Part shown: one piece after another, positions 35,901 to 45,271 of the stretch | Numbering within the stretch: position 1 is the first letter of the stretch | Layout: each line of letters starts with the position of its first letter | Origin: a virus | Taxonomy: Duplodnaviria > Caudoviricetes | Reading direction: 5' to 3' (one strand) | Virus record (IMG/VR): IMGVR_UViG_3300018494_000083 | DNA length: 64,000 nt | The notes under the pieces: generated by a model | Databases searched by the model: none | Seen by the model: only the letters and a program-made list of their open reading frames with translations | Told to the model about the DNA's origin: nothing | Program-made: the position numbers and the translations under genes

Positions 35901-38900
35901 GAGCTTCACCCTTAGCCTGTTTAGTCAATTTATTTTTGAGCTTTCCGAAGAATCCACCGACCTTTTTACCAGCTCCGGTGAATCTATCCTTCAGTTTTCC
36001 AAAGAAGCCCTTCTTACCTTCGGTTTCGTTTTCCACGCTTTCTCCGGTTTCTTGAGCCTCTTTTTCTTCAGCTTTAGTTATTTTCTTCTTAGCAATAATG
36101 GCACCAACAATAGCGCCAGGAATAGGACCGAGACCAAGCAAGGTGGACGCTAATGCACCCTTGATAGCACCTTTAGCCTTCTTAAAGAAGTTTTTGATGC
36201 CACCACCCTTCTTACCTCCAGTCTGTTCATCCATTGCTTCTCCTGCTTCTTTGGCTTCCTTCTCTTCTTTCTTTTTCTGCTTACGCTTCTTAAGAATGGT
36301 ACCTACCAAGATACCAGGGAGAGGACCAAGTCCAAGGAGAGTAGAAACTGCACCGCCTATAGCGGCACCTTTGAACTTAGCAAGGAAGTTCGACCATTTG
36401 GCTTTCTTCTGGGCTTCCTCGAGAGGTTGACCAGCTTCCTCAGCCGCCTTAACGTCGTCTTTTTCTTTTCTAAGTTTCTTACCTATAATAGAGCCTACGA
36501 TAATACCAGGAAGCGGACCAAGACCTAAGAGAGAAGATGCAACGGCACCAACTACGGCACCCTTACCTCCACCTTTCTTACCATCCTTCATCTCTTTCTT
36601 CCTAGCCTTCCAGGCTTCTTTATCAAACTCTTTACCTTCTGCTTCAGCCTGTGCTTTCATTCTCGCTTTCTCGGCTTTCATCTTACGACGATCACCAACA
36701 ATAGCACCGACAATAAGTCCAGGCATAGGACCAAGTCCAAGCAACGAGGATGCAACAGCACCAGCAGTTGCTCCACCAGATTTAGAGTTCGTTACTTTAT
36801 TCTTAAGCGAATCCCAGAGACCACCTATGCCACCCTTCGCTTCAACTTTCTCCTTGGCTTTCTTACCAAATCCGAAAAGTTTAGAGAGTTTGCCTTGCTT
36901 AGGTTTAGCTCCACCTTCGCCCCCGCCACCGGACTGACCAGCGGCAATATTAGAACCAGCGATATAACCAGCAGTCTGACCAATCGTCTCTTGTGCATTA
37001 GAACCGAAGCTTGTTACATTAACATTGATAGCTCTGCTATTAGGGATAACAGTTCCACCACCATTAGATGCAATCAACTCAGGACCACGTTCACCGACGA
37101 TGTTAAGACCCTTACCAAGTTTACCACCCTTAGCGTGAGCTTCAACGGGTGCTTCACCTGACAGCTGTTTTCTAATCATTCCAACGGCTTTCTTGCCAAG
37201 TTCAACACCATCTTTTACGAGGTCGTCACTTGCGTTATTCTGAGCCGTACGGATTATCTGTTCATATGCCTTCGGGTTCATAAGTCTTTCTTCGTCAGCC
37301 ATACCGTCAACCAACTTAACCAATACAGGTACAGTTCCTTGACCAGCTACGATCTGGACTTTATGGACAATTTCCTCAGCATATGCTTTGGTTTGCTCAA
37401 CTTTGTCTTGAACAGTCTCAGTTGCTTTCTTCTTGACACCAGTTACTTTGTAGCGTTTTGCACCAGGTTTAGATTCACCTCCGCCAGCAGGCTTAGGTTC
37501 CTCATAAAATTCAGCTGCACTACCAGTAGCTTCCTCGTAGGCTTGTTTACCATACTTCTTGGCTTCTTCAGAAAGCTTGTCGACATGTTTCTTGAGGTTC
37601 TTTTCATAGAAAGACTTGAACTTAGTTCCAAGAGGATCGAGAACGTGTTTCTTCAATCCACCCTTAATAGGTTCAATGATATCTTTCTTCATAACTGTCA
37701 TAAACTCGGCTAACATACCAGGTTCGCCAGTCTTCTTGTCACCCCAAATTTTCTTATATAGTTTCGAGTCACCGAACTTACCCTGAATAACTGTCTTGAT
37801 ATTGCTGATCTGTTCAGTAATAACGGATTTGGCTTTAGAGAAGAGCTCTCCAAACATACCCTTATTCTTCTTCGGATCATCACCGTACATAATATCGGAG
37901 ATAGTATTAGCGGTTGCATCAAGTACACCAGGGAAGAATCCAGTTTCTCCAAAGAGTCCATTGAGGACCTTGTTTTGTTTTATATCAAAGACCTTCTTGA
38001 ACTTGTTAACAAAGTTATCCTTTGCACCTCCAAGAAGTTCGTCAGTTGCAGATTTTTCTCCAGACTTAGCAGGTTCAGTAGGTCTAGGACCGACGTCACT
38101 ACTATTGATTCTCTCGAGAAGTTCGTCAACTGTCATATTTCCTACTTCGGAGCTAGCAGAAGTATTTCCACGAGTTGCTCTTCTACGAGGAGTAGGTTTT
38201 TTAGAACCAGATCTTGGTTTAGAACCACCGCCTCTTGGAGCACCGCCACCTCCGGTATCAACTCCGTCATAGAAACCAGTATACAGGAGCATTTCACCAC
38301 TGTCTACTAATTCTTTATCTCGCATCTGTCGCATAGAACGAATTCTACCAATAGACTGCAATTGTTCTTTACGAACTCTTGCCTTGGCATCCTTCGAGAG
38401 AGACAGATACAGAGCTTTCATCATGTCAAAGCTCTTCTTACCACCTCTGAGTTCGAGACCTTTTCTCTTACAGAAATCATAAGTGAATTTAGACGGGTCT
38501 ACATTCTCACCGATTGTGGCAAGGAAGTACATAAACGCATCAAGATCTTCCTGATAGAGTTGCTTCTCGCCCTTGGACATTGTGCCTTCAAGTTTGAAAA
38601 GGTTGTCACTCATCATTCGCCTACTATCACTCATGCTATAAATAACATTCTTGCGATCCTCAGCATCAAGTTCTTGCTTACGCTTTTTACGATCTACAAA
38701 GACACCCTTATTGTAATCGAATATCTTATCTACACCAGAAAGTGCTCGTGTGATTTCTGACAAGTATTGAGGGATTACTTCAGTGATGGCTTTATTTTTC
38801 TTATTTTCAACCTCAAGAGTCAAAGCCTGATTCTTGTAGGATGCAGTCATAGGTTTGGTCATTGTCTTGGTTTCAATACCAAGCATTTCACCAATGGAAC

Positions 38901-39966
38901 GGAATAAACCATTCTTGGAATTCTTTGCCATGTTATTCATTCCCATAAGGAACGATGCAAAGAGACCCTCGACAGAGTCGTTAAGTTTACCCATGCTATT
39001 CTTCATAGACTTAGGTGTAGCAGCATTGAGTCCGAGACTCATGAGCATACCTAATGGGTTATTCTTAAACTGACCGCCGATGGTACCCATCATAGATCCT
39101 AAAAGACCAAGGGTTCCACCTGAGTTATTCTTGAAGTTCTGCTTGACTGCTCTTCCATAGGCTTTGAGATCGATACCATTTCCAGAGAAAATCTCTTCAA
39201 TGGGATTGATGTTTAAAGCACCCTTCTTAGTTCCGAACCTAGCAGCGTTAGTCTCATTCATCTGAGTAACTTGCTGATTGATAGACTCCAACAGACTTGT
39301 CGTCTTATCATAGTATTCCATACTAGAAGCAATGAAGCCCTTCATCTCATTCAGGTTAAAGTTAACTTGTGCCTGAGCAAGATTCTGAAGGTTTCCAAGT
39401 ACATTCATCTGTTCCATATGGAATCTAGATGTCTGAATCATCGACTGTGTATTACCAGACGAAATAACCTGACCAATATAATCAGTTGATCCAGTTATGA
39501 CTCTACCAGTGTCACGGAATCCAGCATTGATGGAAGAAGACGATGCATTTATATTTGCGGCAAGTTGAGAGGCATAAGCAGCCGGATCCTCAGCTCCACC
39601 GGAATCATCATCAAGATAAGAATTCATCAATCCACCGAGAGTAGTATCTCCGGAATCGAATCGTTCATCATTGTAAAGCCTTCCCGATTTAAGGTCGGCT
39701 TTCATATTTGCGAATGTGTCTCCCATATACGACTTGAATGCCGTACTTTGGGCTTTAAGTCCAATCTTGAGTCTGGATCTATCACGAAGAACATCTCTTC
39801 TGAAAGACTGGATTACAGTGCCCGTAGCTACACCCACACTGTGGATGGCAGGCATATGAGTTTCGACGTAATCGGAACCAATCTTTCTAAGTGAATAAGC
39901 CATATTCTTGCGATATTCGTTGCCAGCTTTCTTCTTAGACTTAAGTTTTTCTTTTTTGGAAGCCAT
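32923..39966 (-). CDS. Tape-measure-like protein with C-terminal C39-like cysteine peptidase domain
   Basis: 2347 aa, G/K/A-rich; 11-residue F/W-periodic repeats; two HAxGG..IVGERGPE motifs; YYNQKDPRW..GCGPTTAAM..HYI..IYDP peptidase motif; late promoter. Confidence 0.8.
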   Translation of the reverse strand: MASKKEKLKSKKKAGNEYRKNMAYSLRKIGSDYVETHMPAIHSVGVATGTVIQSFRRDVLRDRSRLKIGLKAQSTAFKSYMGDTFANMKADLKSGRLYNDERFDSGDTTLGGLMNSYLDDDSGGAEDPAAYASQLAANINASSSSINAGFRDTGRVITGSTDYIGQVISSGNTQSMIQTSRFHMEQMNVLGNLQNLAQAQVNFNLNEMKGFIASSMEYYDKTTSLLESINQQVTQMNETNAARFGTKKGALNINPIEEIFSGNGIDLKAYGRAVKQNFKNNSGGTLGLLGSMMGTIGGQFKNNPLGMLMSLGLNAATPKSMKNSMGKLNDSVEGLFASFLMGMNNMAKNSKNGLFRSIGEMLGIETKTMTKPMTASYKNQALTLEVENKKNKAITEVIPQYLSEITRALSGVDKIFDYNKGVFVDRKKRKQELDAEDRKNVIYSMSDSRRMMSDNLFKLEGTMSKGEKQLYQEDLDAFMYFLATIGENVDPSKFTYDFCKRKGLELRGGKKSFDMMKALYLSLSKDAKARVRKEQLQSIGRIRSMRQMRDKELVDSGEMLLYTGFYDGVDTGGGGAPRGGGSKPRSGSKKPTPRRRATRGNTSASSEVGNMTVDELLERINSSDVGPRPTEPAKSGEKSATDELLGGAKDNFVNKFKKVFDIKQNKVLNGLFGETGFFPGVLDATANTISDIMYGDDPKKNKGMFGELFSKAKSVITEQISNIKTVIQGKFGDSKLYKKIWGDKKTGEPGMLAEFMTVMKKDIIEPIKGGLKKHVLDPLGTKFKSFYEKNLKKHVDKLSEEAKKYGKQAYEEATGSAAEFYEEPKPAGGGESKPGAKRYKVTGVKKKATETVQDKVEQTKAYAEEIVHKVQIVAGQGTVPVLVKLVDGMADEERLMNPKAYEQIIRTAQNNASDDLVKDGVELGKKAVGMIRKQLSGEAPVEAHAKGGKLGKGLNIVGERGPELIASNGGGTVIPNSRAINVNVTSFGSNAQETIGQTAGYIAGSNIAAGQSGGGGEGGAKPKQGKLSKLFGFGKKAKEKVEAKGGIGGLWDSLKNKVTNSKSGGATAGAVASSLLGLGPMPGLIVGAIVGDRRKMKAEKARMKAQAEAEGKEFDKEAWKARKKEMKDGKKGGGKGAVVGAVASSLLGLGPLPGIIVGSIIGKKLRKEKDDVKAAEEAGQPLEEAQKKAKWSNFLAKFKGAAIGGAVSTLLGLGPLPGILVGTILKKRKQKKKEEKEAKEAGEAMDEQTGGKKGGGIKNFFKKAKGAIKGALASTLLGLGPIPGAIVGAIIAKKKITKAEEKEAQETGESVENETEGKKGFFGKLKDRFTGAGKKVGGFFGKLKNKLTKQAKGEAPVEGHAFGGKTGLGFNIVGERGPEAIIARGGDTVIPNHRPIKVEIEGVSKKASGLFGKLFGFGKKDKEERKKAKAERQAAKKTQKHTRQLTQDSDDPKKTQKNVSNILNSADTSGELASLEQSTSIMANANSIGNGMGAVIQAAAKGEGGGFLSNLLSGLSSIAPMLSGLLTKLGLGKLANAVNGKQTLKQKAWNFLKNNAGDIHSMASIGVGINNIKEGKELMQGDNLDQETGSGKIVRGSVQTASGALRLTSSVAKGVGSALGTGAKTTSVVSKVAKAATKGVQKVAKTPAVSKLTGWISKGIKGIISKISNFVGKKGGKIIASSADNIAASVVKKGAGQLAAKTATFIAKWSNVAGWALVIAQLVTDFGTGWADVKNIMQTAPGYEPPLKLKIVAGLSKAISGLLLGLIPVDWLTGIIFGIIGSDEEKEELQKSQEQHKAEYDAFIKAHPEAAEKGLTMEKYNQIQNRTTWGKIKGFFTGTNELEDYIGDGDPNAKKQSGFSRMMGKVGNWFKDVGGKVWDWTKGVGSKIGEWGKGVGAKIGEIGGKLKDWGAGVVDKAKDFGAKALDKIKDFGSKIGDKLKDFGSKIKDTIGDLAGKLKDFGANLLGKAKDFAAGVVDKVKGAVSKVKDAVSGVVDKVKNSAVGKAVSNAVDKVKNSAVGKAVANVASKAKEGVKKAASAVANGAKKAWGAIKGLFGGRGEGEETPESFIPYYNQKDPRWRNQQYGYYHGKKDTVGDGGCGPTTAAMMMNGLTGSDLTPGDVSNFAYANGYKSEGTDTKVFDALADQFGIGMQQQFGITEDAINAMTQNIPVAMVGSDGRGTSPFGKNPHYILGTHADEEGINIYDPLNKKNNRKFGYDKFKGTNASIIPQTTGITIPTETAKQALNKKNANKVSKAVQSAKANIQKITNAGNGRGEGDDTVGKIAQVANEMLDTLHTISDTLIRMEENAARNTPTGTNHGPAVGATSWSSKENSVSKTSAYNKAVTA
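36090..36780 (-). repeat. Four hydrophobic glycine-zipper repeats inside tape-measure-like gene
   Basis: GAVASSLLGLGPMPGLIVGAIV / GAVASSLLGLGPLPGIIVGSII / GGAVSTLLGLGPLPGILVGTIL / GALASTLLGLGPIPGAIVGAII, separated by K/E-rich linkers. Confidence 0.85.
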
Positions 39967-40008
39967 GTGAATTGTCCTCCTTTCTATACAGTATATAGCG
40001 TTAACTAT

Positions 40009-40020
40009 TATAGAAATGTT
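40009..40020 (-). promoter_or_regulatory. Late-type promoter AACA-N6-TA
   Basis: AACATTTCTATA upstream of 39966. Confidence 0.65.
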
Positions 40021-40040
40021 TCGCTTTTAAAGACGAAGAA

Positions 40041-40075
40041 GGAGAGATAAGCCAATAATTCTAGCCTATCTCTCC
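40041..40075 (-). terminator. Hairpin after RNAP beta gene
   Basis: GGAGAGATA...TATCTCTCC inverted repeat just past the stop at 40086. Confidence 0.5.
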
Positions 40076-40085
40076 AAATTTTATA

Positions 40086-43000
40086 TTAAGTATCTTTATC
40101 TTCGAGGATGTCTTTAATCTTCTTTTCTGCACCAATCATGACTGTATTAAGAGCCAAGGAAATAGATGCAGACTGAGTCATACGTGCCATCAAACCAGAG
40201 ATCGAAAGGAACGCATCAATCTTGATACTCGGGTCAGAAACCAGATACGGCTCCAAACCAAGAGGAATTGTAGATTGGTTAATACCCTTCAGAGCGGTTG
40301 AGAAGGACAGCTTATCACCAACAGAGAACGAGTCAACGGTCTGTACAAAGAACTTGATCAGAACTTGGAACTCATCCATCTTAGTGCCAGCAATCTTACC
40401 ATTTACAGGCACAGTAACATCGGCAGTATCATTCAAGGTAGTCATATCCTTAAGATTGATACCTGCTTCTTCGAAGTTCTTAAGTCTTTCCTTGATCTTT
40501 CTCTCATAGTTAGTAATAACTTTTCTGAGCGAAGGACTGAGCTCGGACTTAGGACATGTGTAATAGATCTTGATATCGACAACCTTACCGTTCCACTTGG
40601 ACTTAACATGATTCTTGGAAGCTTCGATAAGTTTATCTTTCTCTTCCTGATTCATCTTAGAAAGCATCTGGTTAAGGTAGTCATCTTCGTAGGATTCATC
40701 AAATACAATGAACGGATCATTTACATTGACAGAATCACCTACAGATTTGATTGCATAGATATTGGAATTCTTACCAAGACGAACTTCTTTAACTTCATCT
40801 ACATAAGAAGCCATTCTCTGTGCAAACTTTTCAGTTACAAGGGTAGAGTCCTCGTAAACGAACGAACCGTGAATAAGTGCAACTCTAGCCAAAGGACCAG
40901 ACTTGTAGATAACTTCACCAGCAAGTTCATCATACTCGAAGAACTGACTGTTTGCTGCAAGCACATCGCCTTCAGAGAACTTCTGACCAACTGTCTTGTA
41001 AATAGGATCGAGTCTATTGTTGATATAGAAACCTGATCCGGTATTCAGAGACTGTCTATCGGTCAAGTCAATTACTTCGGATTTACCAGACTCATAACGA
41101 ACGATCATATATCCAAGGTCAGGGTTGAACTCATGTACATAACCGTTCTCTTTTGCTTTGAATGCAAATTTATCGGAAATGATCTTAGGAAGAACCTTAT
41201 CTGCACCATACCCAAATAACGGAACATCAGAGTCCATAACGGCGAGAGTATGTCTAGACTGAGTCGATGCCATGCCAACACGCTGAGGGTCATCATGAGT
41301 TGCTGTCATAGGAATAAGCATTTCTGCACCGGACAGAAGGTTCGTCTGATCGAGTTTTTCTTGGTCTTCTCCATAGCCTACATCGAGGTAACCTCTAAGC
41401 GAAGTTACATTCGGGTTGAGAGCCATGATACGAGAAATACCTACGTTTGCAGATACAGGAGACGACTGTGCAAGAATGCCCAACATAGAGTCATTATATG
41501 CACGCTTGTCGATCTTAAATCCTTTATCAACGTTACATCCACCAGGACCCTTATAAGAAGTTGCTCTCATACGATCGATTTCAAAAATCGGGTTAAGATT
41601 AGAATACTCTTCCATAACCTGAGAATCGAACATATTGTTTATCAACTCGTTAGTCTTGATAGAGAACTTGTTGGGATTCTTATTATCTGCTGTAGATCTG
41701 TAGGATTCATATGCTTTCGAAAGCACCTTATATAGGTGAGCATTGAGCATCTCATTACTTCTGATACGATAGTTCTTGAGGTCACCATCTTTATCAAAGG
41801 TATTATTTTCAAGCAGAGTATTAGCATAGATTACAAGATCAATAAAGTCAGTAGGAAGGTTATAATCTTCCAATACTTCTTTAGTAATCGAATCTATAAA
41901 CAACTGCTGGAAGTTCTCAAACGCAGTGCCGATATTTCTACGACCAAACATCTTCATGAAAATATCGTAATAGATATCTTTAGAACAGAAGTCGAGGAAG
42001 TTGTAATCCTCAGTAGGAATATCATAGAAACCGTTCAAAAGCAGAGAGTTGCTATACGGATAGAGATCATAGCTAAGGAAACCATCAGCAAACTGAATAG
42101 TTCCACGCTTAGTAGAATCTTCCTTAGTTCTAGTCTCGGAGAATTTATGGTTACATTTAAGCTTAACGAGCAAAGGCTCAAGACCGATCAAGAAAGACAG
42201 AAGAAGTACAACAGGTACATCTTTTGCCATGATCTTAGCTCTCGTATAAATCGACTTCTTAGTACCGGAGATAGATTTGAACTGACTTCTGATCTTTTCG
42301 TCATCCGAATGTTTAATAATAAAGTCGATAGGTGTCATGTTGGAATCTTCTCCATCATAGATAACCTCTCCACTCTTAACATCGAGACAAACAAGAGACT
42401 TCTTACCAGTCTTATCAGTTTCAATAGCAAAAGGAAGTTCATCTTTCTTATCATAAGTAAGATCTTCACTTTCGCAAATAGAGCGAATGTCATCTTGACG
42501 AAGGTAGATGACTGTATCAGCATTCTTCAAGGTAATAGTTGTGAACTTCTTACTAAGCTCATCATATTCCATCGAAGTCATATAGGGAACGTTATCCATT
42601 AGGTTGTTACCCTTCTCGAATTCAATAGAAGAATTCTCAAGAGAACCAAGAAGTTTCATGAATTTCGAAACCTTATTGGACACATTCTTACCGAAACGAG
42701 TCATAAAGATTTTATTGTACAAAGAGGAGATCTGAACCTGGTCAGGCGCAACCTTTGTAACAGGAAGAGGAATAATCTGGTTGATAAAGATCTTGTCGGA
42801 TCCATTGAGGAACATGAACTTATCATTCATGAACTTAGGTACATCGAATGAGAAGCTATGTCTTCTACCATACTCATCCTCATAAACACAGGAATACCTG
42901 AAGATCTTGTCGATTGCAGTAGAGATATCTTCCTTATTGATAGAAATCAGATAAAGAGGTCTATCTTTCTCAGCAAAGGAAGTAAGGATATTCATCATAT

Positions 43001-44432
43001 CATACTCAAGAAGCTTCTCATTGTAACCCTTTTCAAAGTTACTAAACTTGATATGCTTCATTCGAGGATTGATAACAGAAGTTTTAACTTCAAAGTCATC
43101 AATCTGTTTAGCTTTTGCTTCCTTAGCAAGATCCTGTACAGATTTCTCTCCAACCTTGAGATCTTTCATTTCTTCCTTGATCTTCTCAATACGAGCAAGT
43201 CTAGGAGCAGACTGAGTCGGAGCAATAGTTTTCTTAAGCTCCTCTTTTACAGTCTTGTTTACTTTCTCTTCAAGATCAGAGATATCGATATCTTTAATTG
43301 TAGGTTGAGGTGTATTATCAACCTCTACCTTATTTTCATCAACCTCAACATCCTTCGGCTTAGTAATTCTCGTAGTCGAAAGAGTCTTCTTTTTGTCAGC
43401 AGTCTTCTGAGAAGAAGCCATATCATCAGATGTGGGTTTCTCTGTTGCTTTAACTGCAGGTTGAGGAGGTGTCATTTTTGTATTTGCTTTAGCCTTGCTA
43501 ACTTCCGAGTTGACGGTATTAACAATTCTATCTTTAGCAAGATCGTCTATAGGAAGACGATTGACATCTCTAATCACATTCTTGTTATAGTTTGTGATTG
43601 TGTCACTGTTCTTCTGATCAAGGGTTTGATCATTCTCAGTTTCATTATCTGTGAGATTTTCGTCATCGACAACAGAAAGATCGATATTACCCTTGGAAGA
43701 TCTTAATCTCTTAAAGAGCTTGTTCATAAGAACCGGTGTATCTTCATTCATATCATTAGCATTCATGTAGAATAACTCATTATGGTTCATGAAAATGAAA
43801 GTCCAGTTCTTGAACACTTTTCGAATAGTACTCGGATCATCGTGAATCTTACGAACAACAACGATACCGAAGTTATAGAGTAAATCCCTCTTGAACCAAA
43901 GAGAACTCATTGCAGGGTTATCGATGTATTGATCGAGAGGAATGTAGATATATTTCTTATGGTTAGGAAAGTCTCTTCCAATATCCTTGATTTTCTTAGC
44001 AACCTGATCGAACTTGATCTCGGACTGTCTGACTGCAGACTTTCTATCGATTCGCTCGTTTGTATTAAGAAGGTCATTAAACTGACCGATCTCATAGATT
44101 ACATTATAATCACGAACCATATCAGGTTTCGGCTTTAACTGAACATCAGGATGCAGTCTACCAAAGTGCTGAGAGTAGACTTCTCTCTGTTTGTTGATCT
44201 CGCGAACTTGCTGACCTTCAAACTTTTCAGAGAGCTTCCTTTCAATATAATAGCGTGTATATCTTCTGAACTGAAGATAAGGGTTGTTAAAGAACTCTGC
44301 CGTTCCATCAAGACTGGTAGACAACACAGTTACCAGTGTACCTTTCATAGGCGTCTTCATATCATACGGCATTGTGAATTTATCTCTAACCCTATACACT
44401 CTATTAGGAACTAATCTATTAAAATTAAGCAT
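40086..44432 (-). CDS. Phage multi-subunit RNA polymerase beta-like subunit with long N-terminal extension, probably virion RNAP
   Basis: VPKFM..FMFLNG, YRIRSNE, SYKGPGG, SSPVSANVG, HDDPQRVGMASTQ, YEDS, VGDKLS..ALKG, ARMT motifs; preceded by late-type promoter. Confidence 0.92.
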   Translation of the reverse strand: MLNFNRLVPNRVYRVRDKFTMPYDMKTPMKGTLVTVLSTSLDGTAEFFNNPYLQFRRYTRYYIERKLSEKFEGQQVREINKQREVYSQHFGRLHPDVQLKPKPDMVRDYNVIYEIGQFNDLLNTNERIDRKSAVRQSEIKFDQVAKKIKDIGRDFPNHKKYIYIPLDQYIDNPAMSSLWFKRDLLYNFGIVVVRKIHDDPSTIRKVFKNWTFIFMNHNELFYMNANDMNEDTPVLMNKLFKRLRSSKGNIDLSVVDDENLTDNETENDQTLDQKNSDTITNYNKNVIRDVNRLPIDDLAKDRIVNTVNSEVSKAKANTKMTPPQPAVKATEKPTSDDMASSQKTADKKKTLSTTRITKPKDVEVDENKVEVDNTPQPTIKDIDISDLEEKVNKTVKEELKKTIAPTQSAPRLARIEKIKEEMKDLKVGEKSVQDLAKEAKAKQIDDFEVKTSVINPRMKHIKFSNFEKGYNEKLLEYDMMNILTSFAEKDRPLYLISINKEDISTAIDKIFRYSCVYEDEYGRRHSFSFDVPKFMNDKFMFLNGSDKIFINQIIPLPVTKVAPDQVQISSLYNKIFMTRFGKNVSNKVSKFMKLLGSLENSSIEFEKGNNLMDNVPYMTSMEYDELSKKFTTITLKNADTVIYLRQDDIRSICESEDLTYDKKDELPFAIETDKTGKKSLVCLDVKSGEVIYDGEDSNMTPIDFIIKHSDDEKIRSQFKSISGTKKSIYTRAKIMAKDVPVVLLLSFLIGLEPLLVKLKCNHKFSETRTKEDSTKRGTIQFADGFLSYDLYPYSNSLLLNGFYDIPTEDYNFLDFCSKDIYYDIFMKMFGRRNIGTAFENFQQLFIDSITKEVLEDYNLPTDFIDLVIYANTLLENNTFDKDGDLKNYRIRSNEMLNAHLYKVLSKAYESYRSTADNKNPNKFSIKTNELINNMFDSQVMEEYSNLNPIFEIDRMRATSYKGPGGCNVDKGFKIDKRAYNDSMLGILAQSSPVSANVGISRIMALNPNVTSLRGYLDVGYGEDQEKLDQTNLLSGAEMLIPMTATHDDPQRVGMASTQSRHTLAVMDSDVPLFGYGADKVLPKIISDKFAFKAKENGYVHEFNPDLGYMIVRYESGKSEVIDLTDRQSLNTGSGFYINNRLDPIYKTVGQKFSEGDVLAANSQFFEYDELAGEVIYKSGPLARVALIHGSFVYEDSTLVTEKFAQRMASYVDEVKEVRLGKNSNIYAIKSVGDSVNVNDPFIVFDESYEDDYLNQMLSKMNQEEKDKLIEASKNHVKSKWNGKVVDIKIYYTCPKSELSPSLRKVITNYERKIKERLKNFEEAGINLKDMTTLNDTADVTVPVNGKIAGTKMDEFQVLIKFFVQTVDSFSVGDKLSFSTALKGINQSTIPLGLEPYLVSDPSIKIDAFLSISGLMARMTQSASISLALNTVMIGAEKKIKDILEDKDT

Positions 44433-44464
44433 TATGTTCCCTCCTAAAGGTTAATTTGTTTAGT

Positions 44465-44476
44465 TATATAACTGTT
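44465..44476 (-). promoter_or_regulatory. Late-type promoter AACA-N6-TA
   Basis: AACAGTTATATA upstream of 44432, pointing away from array 3. Confidence 0.65.
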
Positions 44477-44502
44477 CCTTATAAGATTTCTTAGAAAAAT
44501 TT

Positions 44503-45209
44503 ACTCCGAAGCCATTTATTCATATCTGGCAAGGAGAAGATGTATCACTGATTCATATGTCAGTCGTGTATGATAATGGAAATGGATCTGTAAGATATAT
44601 CGCAGGATTTGATGGTGTTCAACTCCAAGTTATATATACGACAAATATGCAGATAGTCGCTGGTCAAAAATATTATCAGGTGGAGATAATACATTTGAGT
44701 CTGGGTCAGCGGATAGAATTTATGGTCTACTCCAAGATTTTATTATAATGAAAATCTAGTAGATGATAGAATGATATTAGTTAATGGAACTGTGGATATG
44801 ACTATATATCCTTATAAAATGTATGAGTTACTCCAGGTCCATGGATGCTACCTTGGGGTCTTGATCAGATTTATGGGATTAATCAGTATTCAAATCTCGG
44901 TGTTTCTTTTCCGACTAATCCAAATAATAAAGATGGTACTCCTGCTGGATATAAGATGCCAAACAATACCGATAGTCTATACACTCAGAGAATTATGCAA
45001 ATGAGTGATAAAGGATCAGGGACAACACAATACATTCCAAAAAATAAGTATGGTATATTACTCCATCAAACAATAAACGATATAAGTATGAAGAAAATAG
45101 ATATTTTACATTTAATGAAACTGGTGATGTTGAAACCTGGTATGATATTCCTAATGCCGAGTATGAATTGTATACATTTTTATACTTCAACAGACAATAT
45201 ATCAAATAG
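44503..45209 (+). repeat. Cassette array 3: 6 ACTCC-anchored peptide-coding units (101-122 bp spacing)
   Basis: ACTCC at 44503, 44622, 44729, 44830, 44938, 45060 (possible degenerate ACTTC at 45184); all open in the Thr-Pro frame. Confidence 0.88.
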
Positions 45210-45271
45210 AATCGCTGACCAACTCGTACTCAATCAGCACCTCCTATTTGCCTCTTTTTTCGTCATTTTTC

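Noticed and set aside
6411-45209. Classical DGR (TR/VR pair)
   Set aside because: No reverse transcriptase or avd in the window, no near-identical pair differing only at adenines, and the units are not AAC-rich. An RT elsewhere in the genome cannot be excluded.
6411-45209. Inversion shufflon or integron cassette array
   Set aside because: All units are in the same orientation, there are no long inverted or attC-like sites, and no adjacent invertase or integrase.
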